Source: Macrostomum hystrix
Lineage: Eukaryota; Animalia; Platyhelminthes
Assembly (NCBI GenBank): GCA_950097015.1
Contig: CATNEN010000039.1
Location: forward strand, 2,294,001-2,358,000
DNA length: 64,000 bases
Direction of reading: 5' to 3'
Shown here: piece by piece, positions 25,351 through 38,600 of the stretch
Numbering within the stretch: the stretch's first letter is position 1
Layout of the letters: every line of letters begins with the position of its first letter
Notes under the pieces: model-generated
The model's database searches: none
The model's input: the letters and a program-made list of their open reading frames with translations, nothing else
What the model was told of the DNA's origin: nothing
Translations under genes and position numbers: made by a program

Positions 25351-26074
25351 AAAACGCCATCTAGTTCTAGATTTTGAAATCCTTGCCTAATTGAGCTCTC
25401 TAGTACTTCTTCCAGGTCACCCAAGCACTGATTCCTCACCTAGTTATTGAGCTGGTGAATCGAAGAATCAGGTTTAATGTACCTAAACAACTGACATTTG
25501 GCAACAGATTTCCTTCAAAAGAAGGACAGGTGCGTGGTAGTTCAGAGCAATGAGAGCATTACTCATAGAAACCCTGGCCAAAGCAGAGGGAGAAGTAGAG
25601 ATAGAATGTGCAAATTGTGCACTTAGTCCCAGTCATTAGCTTTGGCAGCGAGGACATGTAGTTCACTGCAGTCAGGGCGGGCAATTCTCTGCGTGCAGCC
25701 CTCCCGCGGGACAAAAAGGTAATAATGGGGGTCAGGCGGGCTGCCCCACCCCAGAGTGCGGAAGTTGATCTGAAGGAGGAGAGCGGACTGGGGTGGGCAG
25801 GCGATTTCGGGCGCCAAAACTGATATTGCGCGTGTCCAGCGCCACCCCTCCTCCGTCCATGCTTCCCCTGCGCCAGGGAGTGCAGAACAAAACAGTGCAG
25901 GCGGCCTCTGATTGGCTCGCCGCGCCATCCATTTCAGGCCGGAGCGGACGTCTGAGGCTTCGCTCCTCGCATTCGCTCAGTCAATCGGCGGCCAGCCAAC
26001 CTCCCGCCACCACACTTTCGCCCGGGCACGCACGCCCGCCCACCCCGCCTCCGCGGCCCAGAGGCACACTTTTC

Positions 26075-26169
26075 ATGGATTTGTGCCGTAGCCAGAGCCG
26101 AATCGGGCGAATCAACGACAACAGCCGCCATTGCAATAGGAGTAGCAGCGCCAGTGGCGGACAGCAACA

Positions 26170-26207
<38 letters not shown>

Positions 26208-26616
26208 CGGCGAACAGTGACATCCGCGAATGCCCACAGGGGCAGCAACAATCGCAGTCAGTTTGCACGCAGGTCAAGAAGCAGCAGCAGCAGCAGCAGC
26301 AGCTCACCAGCAGTAGCAGGAGGAATGCAACACCGCCGCAGCGGCTGCAGCGTTTGCGTCAACGTCAAAGCGGCGCGTCTGTAGCGTCAGCCTCGGGAGT
26401 CAGCGCGACCTCCTCGGGTCCGCCAGCCAACGACCTGATGTCGGTGGCAATGACAGCTCTGCTGGCGCAGAGCCAGCAGCAGCAGCAGCAGAGGCGGTCA
26501 GGCGCTGCTCGGCAGGTGCGGACGGAGCCGAGAGACCGTCGGCCGAACCGAGTTTTGTTCTGTCTGTCAATCAACAATCCCGTGCGCAAGGTCATCATTC
26601 GACTGGTCGACTGGAA
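26075..26616 (+). CDS. Cav1 first coding exon (N-terminus, polyQ, pre-IS1)
   Basis: Ends [24 protein letters not shown]|gtgagt, the typical pre-IS1 segment. Possible acceptor ttcag at 25937. Confidence 0.8.
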
Positions 26617-29600
26617 GTGAGTTGGCATGACATTGCTTACTGTGGCTGAGCTTCTTGGGTCACTGTCTTGGACCAGAGTTGCTCAGCCCTTGAAACTTTG
26701 ACTAATGTACTTTTAGATAAATGTGGCAATGTATATTTATAAAAACAAATTTCAACCTTATAGGATTCCACTAAAATGGGATCATGTCCCTAAAAGTAGG
26801 ATGATGTAACAATTGATATCACTAACAAGAGATCATGTCACTAATTATCACTAAATGATGGTTTAGTCAAAAAGCCTTTTCATACTTCTTATGCGAAAAA
26901 ATAAGTGTTGTTATTTGCCTATGTCCGAGGACACAGGACACATGTCCATGGACATAGGCCCACAGTTCGATAGTGCCTGGGAGCTCTGGAAAGGACTGCT
27001 TCAGGTGCATTAATTTCTTGTTTTCGAAAATTCTGCGGCTGCAAGTGACCGCATAATTTGATGGGAGATTTTTCCGCAGAAAAATCCGCCGCATGGAAAA
27101 ATGGGGCCAAGAAATCGGAGAGAAAATGACCACTGGCTGAGGCGCAGATAACGCCGTGGCGAGTTTCAAATCCCACCCACTCTCGTTCCCATCGGCCTTG
27201 ATTGGCAGCAAGGTCTCTCCCTGAACCCGAACTCTTGTGCCACCGCCGGAATAGGAGGTGGGCGAGATTCCCAAAGTCCCACTTCAAGTTATAGGACGAA
27301 ATTAAATCAGGTGCTGCTGCTGAACTCAAATCTACTGAGCACAGCCGCCCACACAAACTGCTGCACTTTTTACCGACTTCCAATTTAACTTTGCGCACGT
27401 CTCACATTCAAAGATTCATAACTCTGATTCCTAGATCTGTCACTCTGATTCCTAGATCTGTCACTCAGATTCCTAGATCTGTCACTCTGATTCCTAGATC
27501 TGTCACTCTGATTCCTAGATCTGTCACTCTGATTCCTAGATCTGTCACTCAGATTCCTAGATCTGTCACTCTGATTCCTAGATCTGTCACTCTGATTCCT
27601 AGATCTGTCACTCTGATTCCTAGATCTGTCACTCTGATTCCTAGATCTGTCACTCAGGCTCCTAGATCCGTCACTCAGGCTCCTAGATCCGTTACTCAGG
27701 CTCCTAGATGCGTCACTCAGGCTCCTACATCCGTCACTCAGGCTCCTAGATCCGTCACTTAGGCTCCTAGATGCGTCACTCAGGCTCCTACATCCGTCAC
27801 TCAGGCTCCTAGATGCGTCACTCAGGCTCCTAGATCCGTTACTCAGGCTCCTAGATGCGTCACTCAGGCTCCTAGATGCGTTACTCAGGCTCCTAGATCC
27901 GTTACTCAGGCTCCTAGATCCGTTACTCAGGCTCCTAGATCCGTTACTCAGGCTCCTAGATGCGTCACTCAGGCTCCTACATCCGTCACTCAGGCTCCTA
28001 GATCCGTCACTCAGGCTCCTAGATCCGTTACTCAGGCTCCTACATCCGTCACTCAGGCTCCTAGATCCGTCACTTAGGCTCCTAGATGCGTCACTCAGGC
28101 TCCTAGATGCGTCACTCAGGCTCCTACATCCGTCACTCAGGCTCCTACATCCGTCACTCAGGCTCCTACATCCGTCACTCAGGCTCCTAGATCCGTCACT
28201 CAGGCTCCTAGATGCGTCACTCAGGCTCCTAGATGCGTCACTCAGGCTCCTACATCCGTCACTCAGGCTCCTACATCCGTCACTCAGGCTCCTAGATCCG
28301 TTACTCAGGCTCCTACATCCGTCACTCAGGCTCCTAGATCCGTCACTCAGGCTCCTAGATGCGTCACTCAGGCTCCTACATCCGTCACTCAGGCTCCTAC
28401 ATCCGTCACTCAGGCTCCTACATCCGTCACTCAGGCTCCTAGATCCGTCACTTAGGCTCCTAGATGCGTCACTCAGGCTCCTACATCCGTCACTCAGGCT
28501 CCTAGATGCGTCACTCAGGCTCCTACATCCGTCACTCAGGCTCCTACATCCGTCACTCAGGCTCCTAGATCCGTCACTTAGGCTCCTAGATGCGTCACTC
28601 AGGCTCCTACATCCGTCACTCAGGCTCCTAGATCCGTCACTTAGGCTCCTAGATGCGTCACTCAGGCTCCTACATCCGTCACTCAGGCTCCTACATCCGT
28701 CACTCAGGCTCCTACATCCGTCACTCAGGCTCCTAGATCCGTCACTCAGGCTCCTAGATGCGTCACTCAGGCTCCTAGATGCGTCACTCAGGCTCCTAGA
28801 TCCGTCACTCTGATGGCTGCCATCTGTGACGGAGCCGACTTCGGGCCACAAAGCTGACCCGTGCACTGCTCCTGCCTCTCCGCTTTCAATTCTTTCTTTC
28901 TCCGCCGCTGCGCAATCAATTTCCTAGCCTCATCTATCGATCAAGCTCTCCCTTCTAGCAGTCCGCGAACCCGGCCTTCGCCTCACCCACTGTCGGAGCC
29001 CCACCCCCTCCATTCATCTGTGCTCCCACATCTCCTTTTCTGCTCAAAACGTCTTTCGTTGCTAGCGGGTTCTGATTAAATCCAGCCACGCCGGCCGTGT
29101 CATCTGTCTGTAGGTGGGTCTTAAGCTCTAATGTAGCTCAACCAATTACCTTACTCGAATACTCATCTGATAGACACCACAGCCTAAACGGATCGACACT
29201 ACAGTGTCATTCCAGACACTCCAGATCATCATCCTACTAAGAGTCCAATCCTGAATCCCAATCCCGAATCCCAATCCCAAATCCCAATCCCAAATCCAAA
29301 TCCCAAATCCAAATCCAAGATCCAAATGCAAATCTCAATCCCAAATCCAAATCCCAAATCCAAATCCCAAATCCAAATCCCGAATCCAAATCCCAAATCC
29401 AAATCCCAAATCCAAATCTTAAATCCAAATCCCAAATCCAAATCCCAAATCTAAATCCCAAATCCAAATCCCGAATCCAAATCCCAAATCCAAATCCCAA
29501 ATCCAAATCCCAAATCTAAATCCCAAATCCAAATCCCGAATCCAAATCCCAAATCCAAATCCCAAATCAAAATCCCAAATCCAAATCCCGAATCCAAATC

Positions 29601-32600
29601 CCAAATCCAAATCCCAAATCCAACTCCCGAATCCAAATCCCGAATCCAAATCCCAAATCCAAATCCCAAATCCAAATCCCAAATCCAAATCCCGAATCCA
29701 AATCCTAGATCCAAATGCAAATCTAAATCCCAAATCCAAATCCCAAATCCAAACCACAAATCCAAATCTCATATCCGAATCCAAAGTGCATTCAAAACTT
29801 CATCCACAATCACGTTAAAAAGCAATCTAGAAGCAATCGAGAATCACAGAACACAAACACTAATCTCAAACAATTTCACTAACGAATACGAATTACAATT
29901 GCACTGGCACCTGGTCCAAAGCGTCTTTACAGTTCTTAATCAGTAATAGACCAATTTAAAAGTACAAATTTGTCCTTTTATATAAAGTACGCATTTAGCT
30001 CATTCCGCAATTTGATCGATTACGAACGCAGTCGGCAGTCGCCTGTGCTCTGGCCAATTGCTTGGAAATATTTCCCCTTTGAACCCTTCAGTCAGAGCTG
30101 CCTGCGGCCTCTTGGACTTGATTTATCGCACTTTATTGGTCTAAGTCCTGCTTGAGCACATGGAACTTGAACTCTCACAATATTCCCGTGCTCATCTCCC
30201 CTACCTATCCTTGCCTATCTCAGCCAAAGTACCTTAAACAGATTTTCCTAACCCGAGTATCTCAACCTGAACATCTCAGCTTGATTATCTCTACGTGATT
30301 ATCTCAGCCTGATTATCTTAGCCTGATTATCTCTACGTGATTATCTCATCCTGATTATCTCAACCTGATTATCTTAGCCTGATTATCTCTACGTGATTAT
30401 CTCATCCTGATTATCTCAACCTTGATTATCTTAATCTGATAATCTAAACCTGATAATCTAAACCTGATTATCTCTGAGTGATTATCTCAGCCTGATTATC
30501 CCAATCTGATTATCGCAGTCTCATTATCCCAACCTGAAAATTTCAACATGATAATCTTAATCTTATAATATCAACTTGATTATCTCAACCTGATTATCTC
30601 AACCTGATAATCTTAGCCTGATAATCTAAACCTGATAATATCAAACTGATTATCTCAACCTGATTATCTCAACCTGATAATCTCAACCTGATTATCTCAA
30701 TCTGATTATCTCAACCTGATAATCTCAACCTGATTATCTTAACCTGATTATCTCAACCTGATAATCTTAATCTGATAATCTAAACCTGATTATCTCAGCC
30801 TGATTATCTCAATCAGATTATCTCAGCCTGATTATCTCAATCAGATTATCTGTGCCTGATTATCTCAATCAGATTATCTCAGCCTGATTATCTTAATCAG
30901 ATTATCTCAGCCTGATTATCTTAATCAGATTATCTCAGCCTGATTATCTCAATCTGATTATCTCAGCCTGATTATCTCAATCAGATTATCTCAGCCTGAT
31001 TATCTCAATCAGATTATCTCAGCCTGATTATCTCAATCAGATTATCTCAGCCTGATAATCTCAATCTGATTATCTCAGCCTGATTATCTCAATCAGATTA
31101 TCTCAGCCTGATAATCTCAATCTGATTATCTCAGCCTGATTATCTCAATCAGATTATCTCAGCCTGATTATCTCAATCAGATTATCTCAGCCTATGTACA
31201 ACTAGATAGATGCAGTTTCACTAATCCCAAAAGCAGCTTTCGACACCCTGCACATTCAGATAGCGATTGACGGGGACTCTTGTGTATTTTTGATTGTCAC
31301 AGAAAGCTAGTCCAAATAAAAACAGTTGAAAGCTGTCAAAGAAATGAATGGCTTAAGTTTCAGGGGCTTGACTTATGGCCTGGAAACATGGGTCGCCGGC
31401 TCTGCCACAGCAAGGGCCGGCAGCGCCAGAGACAGGGAAAATATCTCCAATTTCCACTTGCCGACAGGCCGGACACCGAAGTCCCCAGCCGGTTCGCCCC
31501 ACCCTCCTAGAAGAAGAATGAGGAGGACAGAAGAAGTGCCGCCGGCCCTGCAGCTCATTGCCTACCCCAGTGGGCCGGGTGGGCAGGCGGGTTGTGCGGT
31601 GGACCATTTTTTCTCCGCTAAGCTCAAAAAAAATTTTGACTTCCCTCCCCAGCCGGTCTCCGTCGTCCTTACGCCGGGCCGCCGTTCCGCTTCGCAGAGA
31701 AGAAAATGTGCAGACAGGCGCGGGGAGGGCGGGAATAGTCGGAAGTTCCAAGCAATTCGCTCTCTCCTCCGCCCCACCCCTGGCCCAGAAGCGGCAATCG
31801 CGACCGTTTACACTGGCTTCAAAACGGTTCAGCCGCGGCCATTTTCTCCCAGTTGATAAGAACTTTCAAACCGAATCCCCCAGTTGTCCGAGCTTGGAAT
31901 ATGGCCAAGAGTCGTAGCTGGGGTGGCCGTCAGTGACCTCGCGTCTTCCCAGCGGTATTTGTAGCTACGTAATATTATTCATCAGCATTACCTCGAATTG
32001 TTCTTCTTCAGCGGATTCTTCTTACATCCTTTCTTCTCTTCTTGTTGCACAATCACAGAGTGCTCGGCCCTGCGCTGCTCAAAACCTATCACATGTCTCA
32101 CCAGCTTTACGTGTCATTCTGTCATTACCTGTCACTCTTTTTCTTTAACTGTCACTCTCTGTCATTAACTGTCACTCTTTATCATTACCTGTCACTGTCA
32201 GTGTCAGTCAGTAATTAGAGATCCGTCATTACCTGTCGCTTTCTGTCACTCTTTGTCATTACCTATCATTCTTGTCATTACCTGTCTCTTTTTGTCATTA
32301 CCTGTCACTCTCTATCACTCTGTCATTACCTGTCACTCTCTGCTCTGTCACTCTGTCATTAACTGTCATTATCTGTCCCTCTGTCATTACCTGTCACTCT
32401 CTGTCACTCTGTCATTACCTGTCATTATCTGTCCCTCTGTCATTACCTGTCACTCTCTGTTATTCCCTGTTACCCTGTGTCACCTCTGTATCACTATCTG
32501 ACATTTTGTCACATGCGTTTCATTTTCTGTCATTATCTGTCACTCTGTCACTCTGTCACTGTCACTCTATGGCACTCTGGCACTACCCTTGAAGCTGTTT

Positions 32601-35600
32601 GATACTTTTCGGCCACCGCCTGCCGTGAGGAGATATCCAGGAAAGTTGCAAGCCAATGCACAGAATGAAGCACGGAAGACTGGCTAAGGCGGAAGAAAGC
32701 TTCATTCGGAGAAAATGATCAGACAAGAAATTCCAAGGCCTTCCAACAGCCGCCCTGGAGTAGCATCCGGACCCCATTAGATTAATTGACTTATCTCCAC
32801 ATCCCATTTATCCCAGTACCTTTCTCCCCCCAGCTATACTCGCGAAGCCATCGGCTCGCACCCCGGCTCAGCGTTAATTAGGCTCCCAGAGTTGGGGAAG
32901 GGGGCTATGGCCTCCCACTCGCCTCCTCGTCAGTCGGTACTTTACCCACATGCCAATCTGATCAGGTAGTCGCCACTCCAGTACCTGCTCTGCTCACCAT
33001 GCAGTTATTTGTGCTCAAGTTGAAGATCTTCAGCAGATTATCTCATCATCGTTTATCTCATCATCGTTTATCTCATCATCGTTTATCTCTCGATCTATTC
33101 TCTCACAATCGTTTATCTCATCATCGTTTATCTCTCGATCTATTCTCTCACAATCGTTTATCGTATCATCGTTATCTCTCGATCTATTCTCTCACAATCG
33201 TTTATCGTATCATCGTTTATCTCTCGATCTATTCTCTCACAATCGTTTATCGTATCATCGTTTATCTCTCGATCTATTCTCTCACAATCGTTTATCTCAT
33301 CATCGTTTATCTCTCGATCTCTGCCACTGCAAGGGCCGGCAGCGCCAGAGACAGGGAAAATATATATTTCCAATTTTCAGTTAGATCTCAGTTAGAGATC
33401 TGTCAGTCTCTCACAATCGTTTATCTCACCATAGATTTTCTCCCGTTTATCTCACAGGCTTGCTCAGGTCACACTTCGTTTGTCATTTCTGTCTAGCCAC
33501 ACAATCCTATCATGCCTGTATCACTCTTATCATTCCGAGCAATGCCCTTCTCAACGTCAGTATACTACTACATATTTAATTTTATATATTTCCAAGTTCA
33601 GTGAGGACCAAACCTTTATTTCGACAGCTAGGAAAAATTTGGCTCAAGCAATACGGCATTTATTTTTGCATCTGAGTATATACTTGTACTCGTGGTACTC
33701 AATGCTTGTGTATCTAAAAGTAAGGCCTTATAAAACAAACACTGCAAACTTTCAGACCCTTCGAAGTGATCATCCTACTGACCATTTTTGCCAACTGCGT
33801 GGCCCTGGCCGCCACAACGCCATACCCCGAGTCCGACTCCAACGATGTGAATGCGTTTCTTGTGAGTAGATTGGCCTTCAAAGCAATACGAGAGATCCGT
33901 CAGTTAGAGATCCGTCAGTTAGAGATCCGTCAGTTAGAGATCTGTCAGTTAGAGATCCGTTAGTTAGAGATCTGTCAGTTAGAGATCCGTCAGTTAGAGA
34001 TCCGTCAGTTAGAGATCTGTCAGTTAGAGATCTGTCAGTTAGAGATCCGTCAGTTAGAGATCTGTCAGTTAGAGATCCGTCAGTTAGAGATCTGTCAGTT
34101 AGAGATCTGTCAGTTAGAGATCCGTCAGTTAGAGATCTGTCAGTTAGAGATCTGTCAGTTAGAGATCCGTTAGTTAGAGATCTGTCAGTCAGAGATCTGT
34201 CAGTTAGAGATCTGTCAGTAAGAGATCTTTCAGTTAGAGAGATCTTTCAGTAAGACAGATCCGTCAGTTAGAGATCTGTCAGTTAGAGATCTGTCAGTTA
34301 AAGATCTGTCAGTTAGAGATCTGTCAGTTAGAGATCCGTCAGTTAGAGATCTTTCAGTTAGAGATCTGTCAGTTAGAGATCTTTCAGTTAGAGAGATCTT
34401 TCAGTAAGACAGATCCGTCAGTTAGAGATCTGTCAGTTAGAGATCTGTCAGTTAGAGATCTGTCAGTTAGAGATCTGTCAGTTAGAGATCCGTCAGTTAG
34501 AGATCTTTCAGTTAGAGATCTGTCAGTTAGAGATCTTTCAGTTAGAGAGATCTTTCAGTAAGACAGATCTGTCATTTAGAGATCTGTCAGTTAGAGAACT
34601 GTCAGTTAGAGATCCGTCAGTAAGCGATCCGTCAGTTAGAGATCTGTCAGTAAGCCATCTGTCAGTAAGCGATCTGTCAGTAAGGGATTTGTCAGTAAGA
34701 GATCTGTCAGCAGAGGGATTTATTCAGTCATTCTGTTGTTTTACCCGCAGGAGAAGCTGGAGTTGGTGTTCACGGGCATATTCACAGCCGAGTGCTGTCT
34801 CAAAATCATCGCCCAGGGCTTCGTGATGGACCAGAATTCGTACTTGAGAAACTTCTGGAACGTGCTCGACTTTGTGATCGTGGTGATCGGCCTGATCAGC
34901 ATCCTGCTGCAGCGAGTCGTATCTCCCAACACGCTGGACATCAAGGCGCTGAGGGCCTTCCGAGTTGTCCGGCCACTTCGGCTCGTGTCCGGCATGCCGA
35001 GCCTCCAGGTGGTGCTGAACTCAATCATGAGGGCGATGCTGCCACTGCTGCACATTGCCCTGCTGGTGCTGTTCGTGATCCTCATCTATGCCATCATTGG
35101 CCTGGAGATGTTCTCTGGAAAACTGCATGGCGCCTGCTACAGCCAGGACCATGTCACCCAGCTGTGTGAGTGCCCTGGAGTGACTGCCCTGGAGTGACTG
35201 CTCTGGAGTGACTGCCCTGGAGTGACTGCCCTGGAGTGACTGCCCTGGAGTGACTGCCCTGGAGTGAGAGTCCTGGAGTGAGAGTCCTGGAGTGACTGCC
35301 CTGGAGTGAGAGACCTGGAGTGAGAGTCCTAGAGAGTGAGAGTCCTAGAGTGAGAGTCCTAGAGAGTGAGAGTCCTAGAGAGTGAGAGTCCTAGAGTGAG
35401 AGTCCTGGAGTGAGTGCCCTGGAGTGAGAGTCCTGGAGTGAGAGTCCTAGAGAGTGAGAGTCCTAGAGAGTGAGAGTCCTAGAGAGTGAGAGTCCTAGAG
35501 AGTGAGAGTCCTAGAGAGTGAGAGTCCTAGAGAGTGAGAGTCCTAGAGTGAGAGTCCTAGAGAGTGAGAGTCCTAGAGAGTGAGAGTCCTAGAGAGTGAG

Positions 35601-38600
35601 AGTCCTAGAGAGTGAGAGTCCTAGAGAGTGAGAGTCCTAGAGAGTGAGAGTCCTAGAGAGTGAGAGTCCTAGAGAGTGAGAGTCCTAGAGAGTGAGAGTC
35701 CTAGAGAGTGAGAGTCCTAGAGAGTGAGAGTCCTAGAGAGTGAGAGTCCTAGAGAGTGAGAGTCCTAGAGAGTGAGAGTCCTAGAGAGTGAGAGTCCTAG
35801 AGAGTGAGAGTCCTAGAGTGAGAGTCCTAGAGTGAGAGTCCTGGAGTGAGTGCCCTGGAGTGAGAGTCCTAGAGAGTGAGAGTCCTAGAGTGAGAGTCCT
35901 AGAGAGTGAGAGTCCTAGAGAGTGAGAGTCCTAGAGTGAGAGTCCTGGAGTGAGTGCCCTGGAGTGAGAGTCCTGGAGTGAGAGTCCTAGAGAGTGAGAG
36001 TCCTAGAGAGTGAGAGTCCTAGAGAGTGAGAGTCCTAGAGTGAGAGTCCTAGAGAGTGAGAGTCCTAGAGAGTGAGAGTCCTAGAGTGAGAGTCCTAGAG
36101 AGTGAGAGTCCTAGAGTGAGAGTCCTAGAGAGTGAGAGTCCTAGAGTGAGAGTCCTGGAGTGAGTGCCCTGGAGTGAGTGCCCTGGAGTGAGAGACCTGG
36201 AGTGAGAGTCCTGGAGTGACGAGAGTGAAGGGGAGAGGAGAGGGAATTAGAGGAATATGGGAGAGGAGAGGGAATTAGAGGAAAAGGGGAGAGGAGAGGG
36301 AATTAGAGGAAAAGGGGAGAGGAGAGGGAATTAGAGGAAAAGGGGAGAGGAGAGGGAATTAGGGGGAAAGGGGAGAGGAGAGGGAATTAGAGGGAAAGGG
36401 GAGAGGAGAGGGAATTAGAAGAAAAGGGGAGAGGAGAGGGAATTAGAGGAAAGGGGGAGAGGAGAGGGAATTAGAGGAATAGGGGAGAGGAGAGGGAATT
36501 AGAGGAATAGGGGAGAGGAGAGGGAATTAGAGGAAAAGGGGAGAGGAGAGGGAATTAGAGGAATAGGGGAGAGGAGAGGGAATTAGAGGAAAAGGGGAGA
36601 GGAGAGGGAATTAGGGGAAAGGGGAGAGGAGAGTGAATTAGAGGAATATGGGAGAGGAGAGGGAATTAGAGGAATAGGGGAGAGGAGAGGGAATTATGGG
36701 AAAAGGGGAGAGGAGAGGGAATTAGAGGAAAAGGGGAGAGGAGAGGGAATTAGAGGAAAAGGGGAGAGGAGAGGGAATTAGAGGAAAAGGGGAGAGGAGA
36801 GGGAATTAGAGGAATAGGGAGAGGAGAGGGAATTAGAGGAATAGGGGAGAGGATAGGGAATTAGAGGAGAAGGGGAGAGGAGAGGGAAGTAGAGGAAAAG
36901 GGGAGAGGAGAGGGAATTAGAGGAAAAGGGGAGAGGAGAGGGAATTAGAGGAATAGGGGAGAGGAGAGGGAATTAGAGGAAAAGGGGAGAGGAGAGGGAA
37001 TTAGGGGAAAGGGGAGAGGAGAGTGAATTAGAGGAATATGGGAGAGGAGAGGGAATTAGAGGAATAGGGGAGAGGAGAGGGAATTATGGGAAAAGGGGAG
37101 AGGAGAGGGAATAAGAGGAAAAGGGGAGAGGAGAGGGAATTAGAGGAAAAGGGGAGAGGAGAGGGAATTAGAGGAAAAGGGGAGAGGAGAGGGAATTAGA
37201 GGAATAGGGAGAGGAGAGGGAATTAGAGGAATAGGGGAGAGGATAGGGAATTAGAGGAAAAGGGGAGAGGAGAGGGAAGTAGAGGAAAAGGGGAGAGGAG
37301 AGGGAATTAGAGGAAAAGGGGAGAGGAGAGGGAATTAGAGGAAAAGGGAAGAGGAGAGGGAATTAGAAGAAAAGGGGAGAGGAGAAGGAGAGTGAAAAAT
37401 CTGGTGGCAGTTGCCACATATTTCAACAGAATAACAGACAACGGCTAGCTAAAAACTGCATGACGAGATGGCGTGATAGTCTAAAAGAGGCCCCGATGTA
37501 GTCAGGGTAACTTTGTCACGCTGAAGCAGTGATGCGATGTTTTATAGCGGAGACTTTCAACTCCACTCCGGATTAGCTGCTCCGGTTGTTTTATTGGCAA
37601 AGGAAACTTTTGAGAAGAGAGTACCTTAGTATTCGATTGAGCTGGAATTCAAGGGCCTTTTCCCCAGTTTGGAGTAACTTTAAGCTTTGAGTTGAGTCTG
37701 CAGGAGAATCTGCTCACTGAAAAGTTAGCTGGTTAGCTATCTCAAGAGGGTATAAAGAGGAGTTGAATTGTGCCCCAGGATCAGGGGAGTCGGAGAACAG
37801 GCCGAGGCTTAACCTCTACCGATCTGTGCTTTTAGCTGCCAGCAGAGGACTAGCGGCTTCATCCAAGCAGTCAATCAGAACACGCTCGCCTCCGCCTGAG
37901 TCAGTTGTTCTTAATCTGTGCTCGGGGATTCCTCTCGAGGCAATTCTGCTCATTTCGCTGACTCCTGAGCACACACAAACAGATACTGTCCGCAGGCACT
38001 CACTCACACAATGGTGCACATCTGCCCTGACTTACTCATCGTCAGGCAGTGTACACTTTCACTGTGCCTTGGAGGATGGCCCTAGAAGGGCGTGAATTGC
38101 GCGACTAGCCACAAAGGTTTCTCACAGCGGCTGCGCCGAAAATGAATGAGACTTCGATGCGGAATCGAGCTCAGGGACCTGAGGCAAACGCACTGGATTA
38201 AGATTCCTGCAGAAAACTAAAAGCAAATAGATCTGCGCATCCTGTTTAATAGTTTACTCAGTTGGGATAACCAAGGCAAGTCAGGACCTTCCCAGAATTC
38301 CCTTTCCTCTTGCTCTCCCGCTTTCATTTCCCCAAAGCCCAGCCTAGAAAAGGCCACAGTGAATGTAGCGGCACCAAATGCTGCGGCATGAAAGGGCAGC
38401 GAAGCAAAGCAATACGGAAAGATTCAAAGACGGGAGGAACTATCGTAGAGAGGGTCCGCCTGCCCGTGTCTGGCGATCGTACCGGCTGGCAGAGACGTCA
38501 GAAAGCCAGGCCGCCATCGGCGTGGAATGGCGGGCGGCTGACTAAGAGGGGCCGGAGAAACGCACTGACTATCCGGGCACCGGTGGCTGACTGTGCGCCA

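Noticed and set aside
29245-29785. Telomere-like repeat
   Set aside because: The unit is AAATCCAAATCCC, not TTAGGG, and it is intronic
31326-31856. GC-rich ORF cluster in the first Cav1 intron, and similar ORFs at 38310-38925 and 21350-21944
   Set aside because: No recognisable domain or coding signature; a ~45-bp piece is duplicated at 33320, suggesting repeat remnants
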